Source: Clostridia bacterium
GTDB lineage: Bacteria > Bacillota > Clostridia > Monoglobales > Monoglobaceae
Direction: 5' to 3'
Length of the DNA: 64,000 nt
NCBI GenBank assembly: GCA_045587365.1
Contig: JAZNCD010000078.1
Coordinates: 3,557-67,556, forward strand
The notes beneath the pieces are model-generated. The model worked only from the letters and a program-made list of their open reading frames with translations, did no database searches and was not told the origin of the DNA. A program made the position numbers and the translations under genes. Below are positions 1 through 11,338 of this stretch, one piece after another (position 1 is the stretch's first letter; each line of letters begins with the position of its first letter).

Positions 1-519
1 ACATAACACGCTTATTTTAACCTTTGATTTTTCTTGTCTGAGTTCTTCTCTTAACGCCTGTGATAGCCGAAGCACATATGCTTTTGACGAATAATAAGAC
101 GAAAACAAAGGTCCCGGGAAAAATGCTGCAAGAGATGCAACATTCAAAATATATCCACTGTTCTTTTCTTTAAACTTTTTTGCTGCAAGCTTGGTTAAAA
201 TATGTACTGCCTTTATATTTGTATCAATCATTTTAAGCTCAGAATCCATATCAGACGAACACAAATCACCAAATACACCAAACCCTGCATTATTAATCAA
301 TATATCTGCTTCATCAAGGTATGCAGCAATTTTATCAATATCTTCTGCTTTGGTAACATCGAGGCATAACACCTCTACATTTGTTTTTATCTCTTTTTTT
401 AGCTCTTCAAGCATATTTCCTCTCCTTGCAACAGCAATTATATCGTATCCTCTCTCAGATAAAATTTTAGCCATTTCTCTGCCAAGCCCTGAACTTGCAC
501 CTGTTACTATAGCCTTCAT
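1..519 (-). CDS. Short-chain dehydrogenase/reductase (SDR) family oxidoreductase, C-terminus cut by window edge
   Basis: Minus-strand translation from ATG at 519 gives MKAIVTGASSGLGREMAKILSERGYDIIAVARR... (TGxxxGxG Rossmann motif), then ...NNAGFG... and ...YYSSKAY... (YxxxK). The + ORF 191..562 is its low-complexity antisense shadow. Confidence 0.85.
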   Translation of the reverse strand, partial: MKAIVTGASSGLGREMAKILSERGYDIIAVARRGNMLEELKKEIKTNVEVLCLDVTKAEDIDKIAAYLDEADILINNAGFGVFGDLCSSDMDSELKMIDTNIKAVHILTKLAAKKFKEKNSGYILNVASLAAFFPGPLFSSYYSSKAYVLRLSQALREELRQEKSKVKISVLC

Positions 520-676
520 ATTCTACCTCCCGATGGTTTTCCCATATAGTTCTGATCTATGATATTCTAAAGATCAATTTTATCATAACTGTGACAATTT
601 TGCAATTAAAATGTTCTTTTTCTTACAAAAATTAAATATATTTAAATAATACAAGCCCTCAAAAGGAGAGAGACAA

Positions 677-1303
677 ATGAAAAAAAGAAAAAATTTAATT
701 ATTGTTTCACACATCAGTTCTAACAGAATCAAATATATTATTGCGTTATTCTTCTTATTTACAGGCATAATAATCGGAGCGGTTGTGTGTTCAAACAAAA
801 TTATGCTAAAAAATAATGATGTGTCATTGACAAACTTTTTTTATGACCACCAACGCCATGCTCCGTCTTTGCTTAGTTATTTACACATTTTCATAATAAA
901 TATCAGACCATTTATTCTTCTCTGGTTGTCAGGCCGTTTTTTATGGCTTGCACCATTAAACTACACAGAGCTTATGGCAAAGGGTTACGGACTTGGATAT
1001 ACTGTTGCGTACCTTTCTTTGTCCTGTGGAGGCAGGGGCTTTATCCTTGCATTTATATCACTTGTTATACAAAATATTATATTGCTGCCTGCTCTTATAT
1101 TTTTTTCGGTTATACAACTGAATGTATCATTAAACAAAAACAAACTTAATGACTTAAGATATGTGTACAAACAAAAAAGACGGTTGCAACAGAGAGAGTT
1201 ATGTGTTATCATAACAGTTGTTTTTGTTGTTATAGTGTGCAGTGTAATTGATGCATATATCATACCGCATATTGCTATTGAGTTATATAAACAATGGCTT
1301 TAG
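677..1303 (+). CDS. spoIIM: Stage II sporulation protein M-like integral membrane protein
   Basis: 208 aa, about 5 hydrophobic segments, GGAG RBS. Size, topology and position next to xerD match SpoIIM of spore-forming Firmicutes. Assignment is by recollection of the family, not by search. Confidence 0.55.
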   Translation: MKKRKNLIIVSHISSNRIKYIIALFFLFTGIIIGAVVCSNKIMLKNNDVSLTNFFYDHQRHAPSLLSYLHIFIINIRPFILLWLSGRFLWLAPLNYTELMAKGYGLGYTVAYLSLSCGGRGFILAFISLVIQNIILLPALIFFSVIQLNVSLNKNKLNDLRYVYKQKRRLQQRELCVIITVVFVVIVCSVIDAYIIPHIAIELYKQWL

Positions 1304-1395
1304 ATAAAAAATAAAAAAATTTTTAATTTTCTCTTGTCAAATCGCAAAGAATTATGTAAAATATACTCAATCCCTTATTGATTGGAGACAGAGTG

Positions 1396-2289
1396 ATGGA
1401 CGCTCTTTTGAATGAATATTTTGATTATCTGAAAAATTATAAGAAATCATCTGCAAATACAATTGAATCATACAAACGTGATATTAACGGATATAAAGAA
1501 TACCTTTTATCCGTAAATTGCACTTCCGTTGTTAATTCAAATGCAACATTGATACTTAATTATCTTCTTCAGATACAGAAGCAGGGAAAATCTGCAGCAA
1601 CTGCCTCAAGAATACTCTCATCCCTCAGGTCGCTATATAAATTTCTTAATATGAGAAATTACATATCATCCAACCCAACACATAATTTACATAATTTTAA
1701 ATCAGAAAAGAAACTGCCGATGTGGCTTTCGGATTTACAGGTTGATATATTACTTGATACTCCCGTTTGCAGAAACATAAAAGGTTATCGCGACAAAGCA
1801 ATGCTTGAAATTATGTATGCAACCGGTATTAAAGCATCTGACGTTATTAGTCTTAGAATATCGGATGTAAACCTTAAGATTGGTTTTATATATTGCAGAA
1901 GCAACAATAAAGAACATATCGTCCCCATATACGCGTACGCCAGAGATTGTGTGCAGGAATATATGGAAAAAAGAAAATTAATTCCAAACTCTGAAAAAAC
2001 AGATGTATTGTTTCTCAATCGTGACGGACAACCCCTCTCGAGACAGGGATTATGGAAAATAATAAAAAAATATCAAAAACAATCGGGACTACCGGATGGT
2101 ATAACCCCTCACACCCTAAGGCATTCCTTTGCGGTAAATCTTTTGGAAAACGGTGCAGATTTACGGTCCGTACAGGAAATGCTCGGGCACAATAATATTG
2201 CATCAACGCAAGTTTACGAAAGAGTTATCAACAATAAATTATCTGAAATTTATACAAATTCTCATCCTAGATCTAAACATCATAAATAA
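1396..2289 (+). CDS. xerD: Tyrosine site-specific recombinase XerD/XerC
   Basis: Phage-integrase catalytic region ...HTLRHSFAVNLLENGADLRSVQEMLGHNNIASTQVYERV... ATG at 1396 lies 7 nt after GGAGA and is preferred over the TTG at 1378 in the track. Confidence 0.85.
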   Translation: MDALLNEYFDYLKNYKKSSANTIESYKRDINGYKEYLLSVNCTSVVNSNATLILNYLLQIQKQGKSAATASRILSSLRSLYKFLNMRNYISSNPTHNLHNFKSEKKLPMWLSDLQVDILLDTPVCRNIKGYRDKAMLEIMYATGIKASDVISLRISDVNLKIGFIYCRSNNKEHIVPIYAYARDCVQEYMEKRKLIPNSEKTDVLFLNRDGQPLSRQGLWKIIKKYQKQSGLPDGITPHTLRHSFAVNLLENGADLRSVQEMLGHNNIASTQVYERVINNKLSEIYTNSHPRSKHHK

Positions 2290-2328
2290 TTACATAAAGA
2301 TAAACTACATCGAAAGGAAGGTTTTACA

Positions 2329-3594
2329 ATGAAAGTTTTAGTAGTTGGAAGCGGCGGCAGAGAGCATACAATTGTATGGAAGCTTAGCCAAAGTGAAAAA
2401 GTAACAAAAATATACTGTGCACCCGGAAACGGCGGTATTTCCGCGATTGCAGAATGTGTGCCGATTAAGGTTATGGATTTTGATGCCCTGACCACCTTTG
2501 CAAAGGAAAATCAGATAGATTTGACTGTTGTGGCACCTGATGACCCCCTCGCAGCAGGAGCGGTTGATGCTTTTGAAGCGGCAGGACTTCGTGCATTTGG
2601 GCCTAACAAAGCGGCTGCAATTATTGAAGGCAGCAAGGCTTTTTCCAAAGACCTTATGAAGAAATATAACATTCCAACTGCAAAATATGAGGTGTTTGAC
2701 AACAGTACCGATGCCATAGAATATATAAAAAATCAGGACCAATATCCCGTTGTTGTTAAAGCTGATGGACTTGCACTTGGAAAAGGCGTTATAATCGCCG
2801 AAGACTTTGACGCAGCAAAAAAAGCAGTATGCGAGATAATGGATGATATGGTTTTTGGCTCAGCCGGCGGCAAGGTTGTTATTGAGGAATTTCTTACCGG
2901 ACCTGAGGTTTCTGTTCTTGCTTTTACCGACGGAAAAACACTCAAACCTATGGTGTCAGCTCAGGACCACAAAAGAGCTCTTGATAACGACAAAGGTTTA
3001 AACACAGGCGGAATGGGCACCTTCTCTCCAAGCAGAATATACACGCCCGAGCTTGAAGAAGAGTGTATGAAGTCAATTTTTATCCCTACAATGGATGCTA
3101 TGAATAAAGAAGGCAGAACATTTAAAGGGGTTCTGTATTTCGGATTGATGAAAACCCCAAACGGCGTTAAAGTTATTGAATATAATTGTCGTTTTGGCGA
3201 TCCTGAAACACAGGTTGTGCTTCCAAGATTGAAAACAGATTTATATGATATATTTGATGCAATAATTGACGAAAGACTTGATGAAATTGAAATCGAATGG
3301 GGTGACAATGCAGCTGTTTGCGTTGTCCTTGCATCGGGCGGTTATCCGGGCAAATATAAGACAGGTTACGAAATCGACGGTCTTTGTCAGGCAGAGAGCC
3401 TCGGGGCAATGCTCTTTCACGCAGGCACAAAACTAGATGACGGCAAGATACTCACATCTGGTGGCCGTGTTCTTGGTGTTACTGCACTTGGCGACAACCT
3501 TGATGATGCAATAGAAAAAGCATATCGTTACCTCAAACCGATACATTTCACCGATATGCATTACAGAACGGATATTGGTATAAAAAAACAGTAG
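2329..3594 (+). CDS. purD: Phosphoribosylamine--glycine ligase
   Basis: MKVLVVGSGGREH..., ATP-grasp core, ...YNCRFGDPETQ...; 421 aa. Confidence 0.95.
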   Translation: MKVLVVGSGGREHTIVWKLSQSEKVTKIYCAPGNGGISAIAECVPIKVMDFDALTTFAKENQIDLTVVAPDDPLAAGAVDAFEAAGLRAFGPNKAAAIIEGSKAFSKDLMKKYNIPTAKYEVFDNSTDAIEYIKNQDQYPVVVKADGLALGKGVIIAEDFDAAKKAVCEIMDDMVFGSAGGKVVIEEFLTGPEVSVLAFTDGKTLKPMVSAQDHKRALDNDKGLNTGGMGTFSPSRIYTPELEEECMKSIFIPTMDAMNKEGRTFKGVLYFGLMKTPNGVKVIEYNCRFGDPETQVVLPRLKTDLYDIFDAIIDERLDEIEIEWGDNAAVCVVLASGGYPGKYKTGYEIDGLCQAESLGAMLFHAGTKLDDGKILTSGGRVLGVTALGDNLDDAIEKAYRYLKPIHFTDMHYRTDIGIKKQ

Positions 3595-3609
3595 CTTAAA
3601 TTTTTATTG

Positions 3610-3647
3610 GCAACTTTGAAAGAAGACTTTCAAAGTTGCCTTTTTTC
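3610..3647 (+). terminator. Intrinsic terminator after purD
   Basis: GGCAACTTTGAAAG-aagaC-TTTCAAAGTTGCC followed by a T-run. Confidence 0.8.
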
Positions 3648-3669
3648 TGTATAAAATTCCAAAAAAGAC

Positions 3670-3698
3670 TTGATATTTCTTGATTTTAATAGTATAAT
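3670..3698 (+). promoter_or_regulatory. Sigma-A type promoter for lon
   Basis: TTGATA - 17 nt - TATAAT, about 75 nt upstream of the lon start. Confidence 0.6.
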
Positions 3699-3771
3699 AC
3701 AAAGATATGGTTGATATGCGATTTTAACATAAAGCCAATTTAATTGCAAATAAAAGGAATGATTTTATTAT

Positions 3772-6192
3772 ATGAAAAAAACCAGGTTTACGTTGCCGCT
3801 TCTTCCTCTTCGGGGTATTACGGTTTTCCCGGGGATGATTATTCATTTTGATGTTGGTCGCGCACAATCTATTGCTGCTGTCAAACAGGCTATGAATAGT
3901 GATAAACATATCTTCCTGTGCTATCAGACAGACATCACTGTTGAAGACCCTGTATATGAGGATTTAGCAGAGATTGGTACGATTGCTGAAATCCATCAGA
4001 TTTTAAATCTTCCCGACGGAAATATACGTATTTTGGTTGAAGGACTTGACAGGGGAAAAATCACTACCTATACAGCAGGCGAATCCTATGCAGAGGTTAA
4101 CGTTTCCCGTGCAGACGATATTTATGACGAAGATTGGGATGACGTGTCGGTAAATGTTATGATGCGCAGAACTCTTCATCTGGTCGAAGAGTTTATGGAG
4201 CTTTATGATAAATTATCAGCAGAGGCTCTGTCGTCTCTTTTGTCTATTGATGACCCGGCAGAACTTGCCGATGTTGTTATGTCTAATTTCCCGATTAAGC
4301 CTCAGTCAAAGCAGACGATTTTGAACGAATTAAATGTTAAAAAACGTCTTGAGAAGCTGATTTCGATTTTAAGCGCAGAGATTGATATTCTTTCTCTTGA
4401 AAAGTCAATAATGAATAAAACTCAGAAGAACATTGACAAGAATCAGCGCGAATATATGCTTCGCGAGAAAATGAGGGTTATTCGTCAGGAACTTGGCGAT
4501 GACGAGGAATCATCTTCTGATATAAAAAAATATAAATCAAAACTCGACGGACGCAAAATTCCCGAATATGTTACAGAAAAACTAAACGAAGAGTTTGAAA
4601 GACTCTCTCATACAAGTCCACATTCACAGGAATATGGTGTTATTCAAAATTATATTGAAACTGTTATTGCGCTTCCCTGGGATAATAAAACCGAGGAATC
4701 TCTTGATGTAGAAAAGGCTGCCGAGATACTTGACAGAGACCATTATGGGCTTAAAAAAGTTAAAGAACGCATACTTGAGTATATTGCAGTACGCTCTCTT
4801 GGCGGAAAGCCGAAAAGCAATATAATATGTCTTGTCGGCCCTCCCGGAACAGGCAAAACATCTATTGCGAAATCGCTTGCAGAGGCAATTGGTCGTAAAT
4901 ATACAAGAATAAGTCTTGGTGGTGTCAAGAATGAATCTGAAATCAGAGGACACAGAAAAACCTATATTGGTGCTATGCCGGGACGTATTATTGACAGTCT
5001 CAAAAAGTGCGGCACCTCAAATCCGCTTATGCTTTTTGATGAAGTTGATAAAATGTCAAGGGATATTACAGGCGACCCTGCATCTGCTATGCTTGAGGTT
5101 TTAGACCCTGAACAAAACAAGGATTTCAGAGACCACTTTGTAGAGCTTTCTTTTGATTTGTCCGATGTATTGTTTGTTACAACTGCAAACACGCTGGAGA
5201 CAATACCCAGACCTTTGCTTGACAGAATGGATGTAATTGAGGTTGATGGATATACACCCCTTGAAAAGGTTTGTATAGCAAAAAAATATCTTCTTCCAAA
5301 ACAGAGGAAGCTACACGGTTTATCTGTATCACAGCTAAAATTTACCCCCTCTTCCTATCCTGAACTCATTGATGGATACACAAAAGAGTCGGGAGTTCGT
5401 GAGCTTGAAAGAAAAATTACTGCTATATGCCGAAAAACTGCTATGAAGATTTCCAAGGATTGTGACGCATCAGTTTCTCTGAAGAAATCGAACATCGTTG
5501 ATTTTCTTGGAAAACCGATATATACCTATGACAAAGCCGACAACATCAATAAAGTAGGGGTTGTAAATGGTCTTGCCTGGACAAGCTTTGGCGGAGATAC
5601 CCTTTGCGTTGAAGTCAACATAATGCAGGGTAGCGGCAAGCTTGAAATTACAGGAAACCTCGGTGATGTTATGCAGGAATCTGCAAAAGCCGCCCTTAGC
5701 TATGTCAGAGCAAACGCCTTTAAACTTGGATTAAAGCCTGATTTTTATAAGACGACTGATATACATATTCATGTGCCCGAGGGTGCTGTCCCGAAGGATG
5801 GTCCCTCTGCCGGAATAACTATTACCACAGCTTTAGTATCTGCCCTGACCTGCAGAGCGGTAAAACACGATGTTGCTATGACAGGTGAGGTTACTCTCAC
5901 CGGACGAGTATTGCCAATTGGCGGATTAAAAGAAAAAACCCTTGCCGCATACAGAGCCGGGATTAAAACAATTATTATTCCCGGGAAAAACAAACAGGAT
6001 TATGACGAGCTACCCGATGTGGTGAAAGAAAACATTAAATTTGTTTTTGCTGAGAATGTAGACACAGTTTTATGCACAGCTCTTTTAACAGAGAATAAAA
6101 TTAAAAATACAATGCAACCTGGCAAAAGTAAATATATAGAGCCAATTAACGATAAAAAAGAAATGAATATTTGCACTGCAAATATAAATTAA
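3772..6192 (+). CDS. lon: ATP-dependent Lon protease (LonA)
   Basis: 806 aa. N-terminal LON domain, Walker A GPPGTGKTS, protease motif ...PKDGPSAGITI... Confidence 0.95.
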   Translation: MKKTRFTLPLLPLRGITVFPGMIIHFDVGRAQSIAAVKQAMNSDKHIFLCYQTDITVEDPVYEDLAEIGTIAEIHQILNLPDGNIRILVEGLDRGKITTYTAGESYAEVNVSRADDIYDEDWDDVSVNVMMRRTLHLVEEFMELYDKLSAEALSSLLSIDDPAELADVVMSNFPIKPQSKQTILNELNVKKRLEKLISILSAEIDILSLEKSIMNKTQKNIDKNQREYMLREKMRVIRQELGDDEESSSDIKKYKSKLDGRKIPEYVTEKLNEEFERLSHTSPHSQEYGVIQNYIETVIALPWDNKTEESLDVEKAAEILDRDHYGLKKVKERILEYIAVRSLGGKPKSNIICLVGPPGTGKTSIAKSLAEAIGRKYTRISLGGVKNESEIRGHRKTYIGAMPGRIIDSLKKCGTSNPLMLFDEVDKMSRDITGDPASAMLEVLDPEQNKDFRDHFVELSFDLSDVLFVTTANTLETIPRPLLDRMDVIEVDGYTPLEKVCIAKKYLLPKQRKLHGLSVSQLKFTPSSYPELIDGYTKESGVRELERKITAICRKTAMKISKDCDASVSLKKSNIVDFLGKPIYTYDKADNINKVGVVNGLAWTSFGGDTLCVEVNIMQGSGKLEITGNLGDVMQESAKAALSYVRANAFKLGLKPDFYKTTDIHIHVPEGAVPKDGPSAGITITTALVSALTCRAVKHDVAMTGEVTLTGRVLPIGGLKEKTLAAYRAGIKTIIIPGKNKQDYDELPDVVKENIKFVFAENVDTVLCTALLTENKIKNTMQPGKSKYIEPINDKKEMNICTANIN

Positions 6193-6204
6193 CGGAGAAC
6201 GAAT

Positions 6205-6804
6205 ATGGATTATATTGATGCAAAATTTCTTGCGACAGCCGTAAAACCCGAGCAATATCCTGACACCTTTGTTCCGGAAATCGCTTTTGTCGGACGCTCT
6301 AACGTTGGTAAATCATCATTGATAAACTGTCTGACAAACAGAACTAAGCTTGCAAGGACAAGCAGCTCCCCCGGAAAAACCGCAACAATCAACTTTTATG
6401 ATATTGCAGGCAGATATCGTCTTGTGGATTTGCCCGGCTACGGCTATGCAAAGGTTTCAAAAGCCGAGCAGGAACGATGGGCAAAGATGATAGACACTTA
6501 TCTCTCTGACCGATATAACCTTATTCAAGTTATACAACTTGTTGATGCAAGACACAAGCCGACAAAAGATGATATAACGATGATTGAGTGGATAAAAAGC
6601 TTTGGCTACAACCCTATTGTTGTTGCAACGAAACTTGATAAACTTAAGAAATCGCAGATAGAGCAAAACCTTACGGAGATATATAATTCACTTGCACTTA
6701 ACGACGATTCTATACTGTTTCCCTTTTCTTCGGAGACACGCCAGGGAAAAGACGAGATTTTAAGTTTTATAGAAGATATGTGCAGTAAATACACAGAAAA
6801 ATAA
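6205..6804 (+). CDS. engB: Ribosome biogenesis GTP-binding protein YsxC/EngB
   Basis: GRSNVGKSSLIN (G1), DLPGYGYA (G3). The lon-engB adjacency is typical of Firmicutes. Confidence 0.92.
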   Translation: MDYIDAKFLATAVKPEQYPDTFVPEIAFVGRSNVGKSSLINCLTNRTKLARTSSSPGKTATINFYDIAGRYRLVDLPGYGYAKVSKAEQERWAKMIDTYLSDRYNLIQVIQLVDARHKPTKDDITMIEWIKSFGYNPIVVATKLDKLKKSQIEQNLTEIYNSLALNDDSILFPFSSETRQGKDEILSFIEDMCSKYTEK

Positions 6805-6823
6805 TTACAAAAAAGGAGTTTTT

Positions 6824-8086
6824 GTGATGATAAACAAACCTCGTGGCACTGAGGACATTTTACCAACTGACAGTCCGCTATGGCGAAAAATTGAAGAGAC
6901 TGCCCACAATATATGCAAAAGATTTGGGTACAAAGAAATCAGAACACCCGTTTTTGAAGACACCGCCCTTTTCCAACGAGGGGTTGGCGACACGACGGAT
7001 GTTGTTCAAAAAGAAATGTATACCTTCGAAGATAAGGGCGGTCGAAGCATAACCCTCAGACCCGAGGGGACTGCCTCACTAGCACGTAGCTTTATTGAAA
7101 ATTCCCTTTATGCAAATCCGCAGCCAACAAAGCTTTATTATATTATATCGTGTTACAGATATGAAAAACCACAATCCGGCAGACTTCGTGAGTTTCATCA
7201 GTTTGGAATTGAGTGCTTTGGCGGTTCATCAGATGCAACTGATGCAGAAGTAATCACTCTGGCACTTATGTTCTTTAAAGAGCTTGGCATCAAGGACCTT
7301 AAGCTGAATATAAACAGCATTGGATGTCCTGAATGTAAAAAGACATACAACGAAAAGCTTAAGGCATATTTCGAACAATATACGGATAAGCTTTGTGATA
7401 CCTGTAAGACTCGACTCGAAAAAAATCCAATGCGTATTATAGATTGTAAGTCAGAAATTTGCTCAGAAATTTCTAAAGATGCACCAAAGATGATTGATAA
7501 CCTCTGCGAAGATTGCGATGCTCATTTCAAAAAAACCATTGCATATCTTGATACAATGGGAATTGAATATACAATTAATCCCGACATTGTAAGAGGCCTT
7601 GACTATTACACAAGAACTGTTTTTGAAATTACATCCGACGCTCTCGGCGCGCAATCAACAGTTTGTGGAGGCGGTCGCTACAACGGCCTGGTTGAAGAAC
7701 TTGGTGGTAAAGCAACAGAAGGAATCGGATTTGCGGTTGGTATCGAAAGACTTGCAATGATAATAAAATCTCAGGGTCTTTATGATGATCCTGTTGCTGA
7801 AACCGATATATTTATTGCCGCAATCGGAGACACTGCAGATATTTCGGCACAGAAGCTTGTATATGACTTAAGATGTATGGATATACACGCAGAACGTGAT
7901 TTATGCGACAGAAGTGTAAAAGCGCAAATGAAATACGCAAATAAAATCGGCTCTAAGTTCAGTATTGTGCTTGGTGATGATGAGATAGCATCGAACAAAG
8001 CGGATATAAAAAATATGGATACCGGAGAAGTTATCTCCACCTCCATTGACGCCGCAAGCATAGCTGAAATTATTAATAAGAATTAA
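6824..8086 (+). CDS. hisS: Histidine--tRNA ligase
   Basis: 420 aa class II aaRS: ...RGTEDILP..., ...YRYEKPQSGRLREFHQFG..., ...GGGRYNGL... Confidence 0.95.
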   Translation: MMINKPRGTEDILPTDSPLWRKIEETAHNICKRFGYKEIRTPVFEDTALFQRGVGDTTDVVQKEMYTFEDKGGRSITLRPEGTASLARSFIENSLYANPQPTKLYYIISCYRYEKPQSGRLREFHQFGIECFGGSSDATDAEVITLALMFFKELGIKDLKLNINSIGCPECKKTYNEKLKAYFEQYTDKLCDTCKTRLEKNPMRIIDCKSEICSEISKDAPKMIDNLCEDCDAHFKKTIAYLDTMGIEYTINPDIVRGLDYYTRTVFEITSDALGAQSTVCGGGRYNGLVEELGGKATEGIGFAVGIERLAMIIKSQGLYDDPVAETDIFIAAIGDTADISAQKLVYDLRCMDIHAERDLCDRSVKAQMKYANKIGSKFSIVLGDDEIASNKADIKNMDTGEVISTSIDAASIAEIINKN

Positions 8087-8100
8087 GGGAGATTTAAACT

Positions 8101-9909
8101 ATGGAATTTGAAACAATGCAAGGTATGAAACGCACACACAGATGCGGCGAACTCAATAGAGATAACAATGGCGAAACCGTTACTCTGTGCGGTTGGGTAG
8201 CAAGAAATCGTAAACTTGGCGGACTTGACTTTGTTACTCTTCGTGACCGCAGCGGAATAATTCAGCTTTCATTTAACGATGAAACTGATTCTGCTGTCTT
8301 TGAAAAAGCTACAGCCTTAAAGAGCGAATACGTTATCGCAGTTACAGGTACGGTTGCACTGAGAACAGAAAAAAATATCAATTCAGATATGGCAACAGGC
8401 GAAATTGAAGTTCTTGTCTCTGAGCTTCGTGTTCTCAATGGTTCAGAAACTCCTCCGTTTTATATTGAAGAAAATATTGATACAAACGATGCTCTTCGTC
8501 TGACATACAGATATCTGGATATCAGACGCCCTGATATGCAGCGCAACCTTATGCTCAGGCATAAGGTTGCCAAAATAGCCCGTGACTACTTTGATGAAAA
8601 TGGTTTTCTTGAGGTTGAAACCCCAATGCTTACAAAGAGCACTCCCGAAGGTGCAAGAGACTATCTAGTACCAAGCCGTGTTCACCCCGGCAACTTTTAT
8701 GCTCTTCCACAGTCGCCACAGATATACAAGCAGCTTTTGATGCTTGGCGGATATGACAGATATTTTCAGATTGTAAAGTGCTTCCGTGATGAGGATTTAC
8801 GTGCTGACAGACAGCCCGAATTCACTCAAATGGATATGGAGCTTTCTTTCGTTGATATTGATACAATAATTGAAATTAACGAAGGCTTTTTAAAGAGGGT
8901 TTTCAAAGAAGCCTTAAATATTGATATTCAAACCCCATTCCTTCGCCTGCCTTACCGCGAGGCAATGGACAGATTTGGCTCAGATAAGCCAGATATGAGA
9001 TTTGGCATGGAGTTTATCAATATATCCGAAGAGGTTAAAGATTGTGACTTTAAAGTCTTCTCTGATGCAGTTGCAAACGGCGGTAGTGTCAGATGTATTG
9101 TCGCAGAGGGCCTTGGCGAAAAGCTTACAAGAAAAACTCTTGATTCACTTGGGGAATATGTCAAGACATATCGTGCAAAAGGTATGGCATGGATTGTTGT
9201 TGAAGAGAATGGTCTTCGTTCGCAGATTACAAAATTCCTTAGCGAAGAAACCGTTAATTCAATTCTTTCAAAAACCAACGCAAAGCCCGGCGACGGTATC
9301 CTTATAATCGCTGACAAAGACAGTGTTGTATACGATGCACTTGGTAACCTTCGTCTTGAGGTCGCACGCCGTTTTGACCTTATTGATAAGAATAAATTTA
9401 ACTTCCTCTGGGTTACAGAATTCCCACTTCTTGAATATTCCGAAGAGGATAACAGATATGTTGCTATGCATCACCCATTTACTCACCCATTTGATGAAGA
9501 TATCGACAAGCTCGATACTGACCCCGGTGCAGTTCGTGCAAAGGCGTATGATATAATTCTTAATGGCTCTGAAATCGGTGGCGGAAGCCTTAGAATATTT
9601 AATGCAGAGCTTCAGGAGAAAATGTTTAAGGCTCTCGGGTTTACTCATGAAGAAGCCTGGGACAGATTTGGTTTCTTAATGGAAGCATTTAAATATGGTA
9701 CTCCTCCACATGGCGGACTCGCCTATGGACTTGACCGTCTTGTTATGATAATGGCAGGCTGTGACAGTATCAGAGATGTAATTGCTTTCCCGAAGGTACA
9801 AAATGCATCCGAGCTTATGATGCATTCACCTGATAAGGTTGACGATAAACAGCTTGACGAACTTTGTATCTCAGTTACAAAGATTCAGGATGTTTCAAAC
9901 GAAGGATAA
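8101..9909 (+). CDS. aspS: Aspartate--tRNA ligase
   Basis: 602 aa: ...[13 protein letters not shown]..., ...[16 protein letters not shown]..., ...GGGSLRI... Confidence 0.95.
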   Translation: MEFETMQGMKRTHRCGELNRDNNGETVTLCGWVARNRKLGGLDFVTLRDRSGIIQLSFNDETDSAVFEKATALKSEYVIAVTGTVALRTEKNINSDMATGEIEVLVSELRVLNGSETPPFYIEENIDTNDALRLTYRYLDIRRPDMQRNLMLRHKVAKIARDYFDENGFLEVETPMLTKSTPEGARDYLVPSRVHPGNFYALPQSPQIYKQLLMLGGYDRYFQIVKCFRDEDLRADRQPEFTQMDMELSFVDIDTIIEINEGFLKRVFKEALNIDIQTPFLRLPYREAMDRFGSDKPDMRFGMEFINISEEVKDCDFKVFSDAVANGGSVRCIVAEGLGEKLTRKTLDSLGEYVKTYRAKGMAWIVVEENGLRSQITKFLSEETVNSILSKTNAKPGDGILIIADKDSVVYDALGNLRLEVARRFDLIDKNKFNFLWVTEFPLLEYSEEDNRYVAMHHPFTHPFDEDIDKLDTDPGAVRAKAYDIILNGSEIGGGSLRIFNAELQEKMFKALGFTHEEAWDRFGFLMEAFKYGTPPHGGLAYGLDRLVMIMAGCDSIRDVIAFPKVQNASELMMHSPDKVDDKQLDELCISVTKIQDVSNEG

Positions 9910-9928
9910 ATTGAAAGGAATGATAAAA

Positions 9929-11155
9929 ATGACAAACGTATACGACATATTAAAAGCAAGAGGCTTAATTGCCCAGACAACTCACGAAGATGAAATTCGC
10001 AATATTCTTGGCAAGAAGAAAATAACCTTTTATATAGGTTTTGACCCAACTGCCGACAGTCTTCATATCGGGCACTTTATGCAGTTAATTGTTATGAAGC
10101 ATATGCAAAACGCAGGACATCGCCCAATCATTCTTCTTGGCGGTGGCACTACAATGGTTGGTGACCCGACAGGCAAGACCGATATGCGTCCTATGATTAC
10201 CCAGGATATAATCCAGCGTAACGCAGACAATTTTAAAGTGCAGATGTCAAAATTTATTGATTTTAGCAATGACAAAGCAATTATGGTAAATAATGCCGAC
10301 TGGCTTCTTGGACTTAATTATGTTGATTTTCTGCGCGAGATAGGTGTTCATTTCTCTGTAAATCGTATGCTTACAGCCGAATGTTTTAAGAGCCGTATGG
10401 AAAAAGGTCTTACTTTCCTTGAATTTAACTATATGCTTATGCAGGGATATGATTTTTATAAACTCAACAAGGACTACGACTGTCTTATGGAGTTTGGTGG
10501 AGATGACCAGTGGTCAAATATCCTTGGCGGAATAGAGCTTATTCGTCGTAAAGAGGGTAAACAGGCATATGGTATGACATTTACTCTTCTTACAACCTCT
10601 GAGGGCAAAAAAATGGGTAAAACTGAAAAGGGCGCTCTCTGGCTTGACCCTGAAAAGGTTTCTCCTTATGAATTCTATCAGTATTGGAGAAATGTTGACG
10701 ATAAAGATGTAATAAGGCTTTTGAAACTTGTTACCTTTATCCCTCTTGAAGAAATTGCCGAATACGAAAAGCTCGAGGGACAGGAGCTTAATAAGGTAAA
10801 ATGCATTCTTGCCTATGAAGTTACAAAAATGGTGCATGGCGAGGATGAAGCAAAGCGCGCAAACGATGCAGCAATGGCAATATTCAGTAACGGAAACGAT
10901 ACAACAAATATGCCATCCTGCGATGTAGAAGCATATGTTATAAACGACGGAATAAATGTTCTTGATCTTCTTGTAAATGTTAATCTTTGTCCATCTAAGA
11001 GTGAAGCCCGCAGACTTGTTCAGCAAAACGGTCTTGCAATCAACGGCGATAAAGTTACAGATCCTAATGCAGTAATTGATAATAGTTTTGTTAAAGATGG
11101 CGAAATTATTATTAAGAAAGGTAAAAAGACATTTTTAAAACTTTCCGTAATATAA
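9929..11155 (+). CDS. tyrS: Tyrosine--tRNA ligase
   Basis: ...[14 protein letters not shown]... (HIGH) and ...KMGKT... (KMSKS), with a C-terminal S4-like domain. The track ORF starts at 9839 inside aspS. ATG 9929 (or 9920) follows the GAAAGGAA RBS. Confidence 0.93.
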   Translation: MTNVYDILKARGLIAQTTHEDEIRNILGKKKITFYIGFDPTADSLHIGHFMQLIVMKHMQNAGHRPIILLGGGTTMVGDPTGKTDMRPMITQDIIQRNADNFKVQMSKFIDFSNDKAIMVNNADWLLGLNYVDFLREIGVHFSVNRMLTAECFKSRMEKGLTFLEFNYMLMQGYDFYKLNKDYDCLMEFGGDDQWSNILGGIELIRRKEGKQAYGMTFTLLTTSEGKKMGKTEKGALWLDPEKVSPYEFYQYWRNVDDKDVIRLLKLVTFIPLEEIAEYEKLEGQELNKVKCILAYEVTKMVHGEDEAKRANDAAMAIFSNGNDTTNMPSCDVEAYVINDGINVLDLLVNVNLCPSKSEARRLVQQNGLAINGDKVTDPNAVIDNSFVKDGEIIIKKGKKTFLKLSVI

Positions 11156-11235
11156 TTTTTACACAAATTTTACATTTTGTGGAAGTTAGACAAAAAACCG
11201 CAAAAAGTTTATTGATATTCAATAAAGAATTGATG

Positions 11236-11264
11236 TTGAAAAAAAGAGTGTTATAGTGTAATAT
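11236..11264 (+). promoter_or_regulatory. Candidate sigma-A promoter inside the tyrS-ylmC spacer
   Basis: TTGAAA - 17 nt - TAATAT. No ORF follows it. See the sRNA finding. Confidence 0.35.
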
Positions 11265-11338
11265 ATAGTCATACCACAATTAACTAACACTCTTTTTTCA
11301 TTTCCTTCGATCAAGATATTTGTCTTGTTCGAAATCTT

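Noticed and set aside
191-562. + strand ORF of 123 aa
   Set aside because: Low-complexity (S/I/F-rich) antisense shadow of a clearly recognisable SDR gene on the minus strand.
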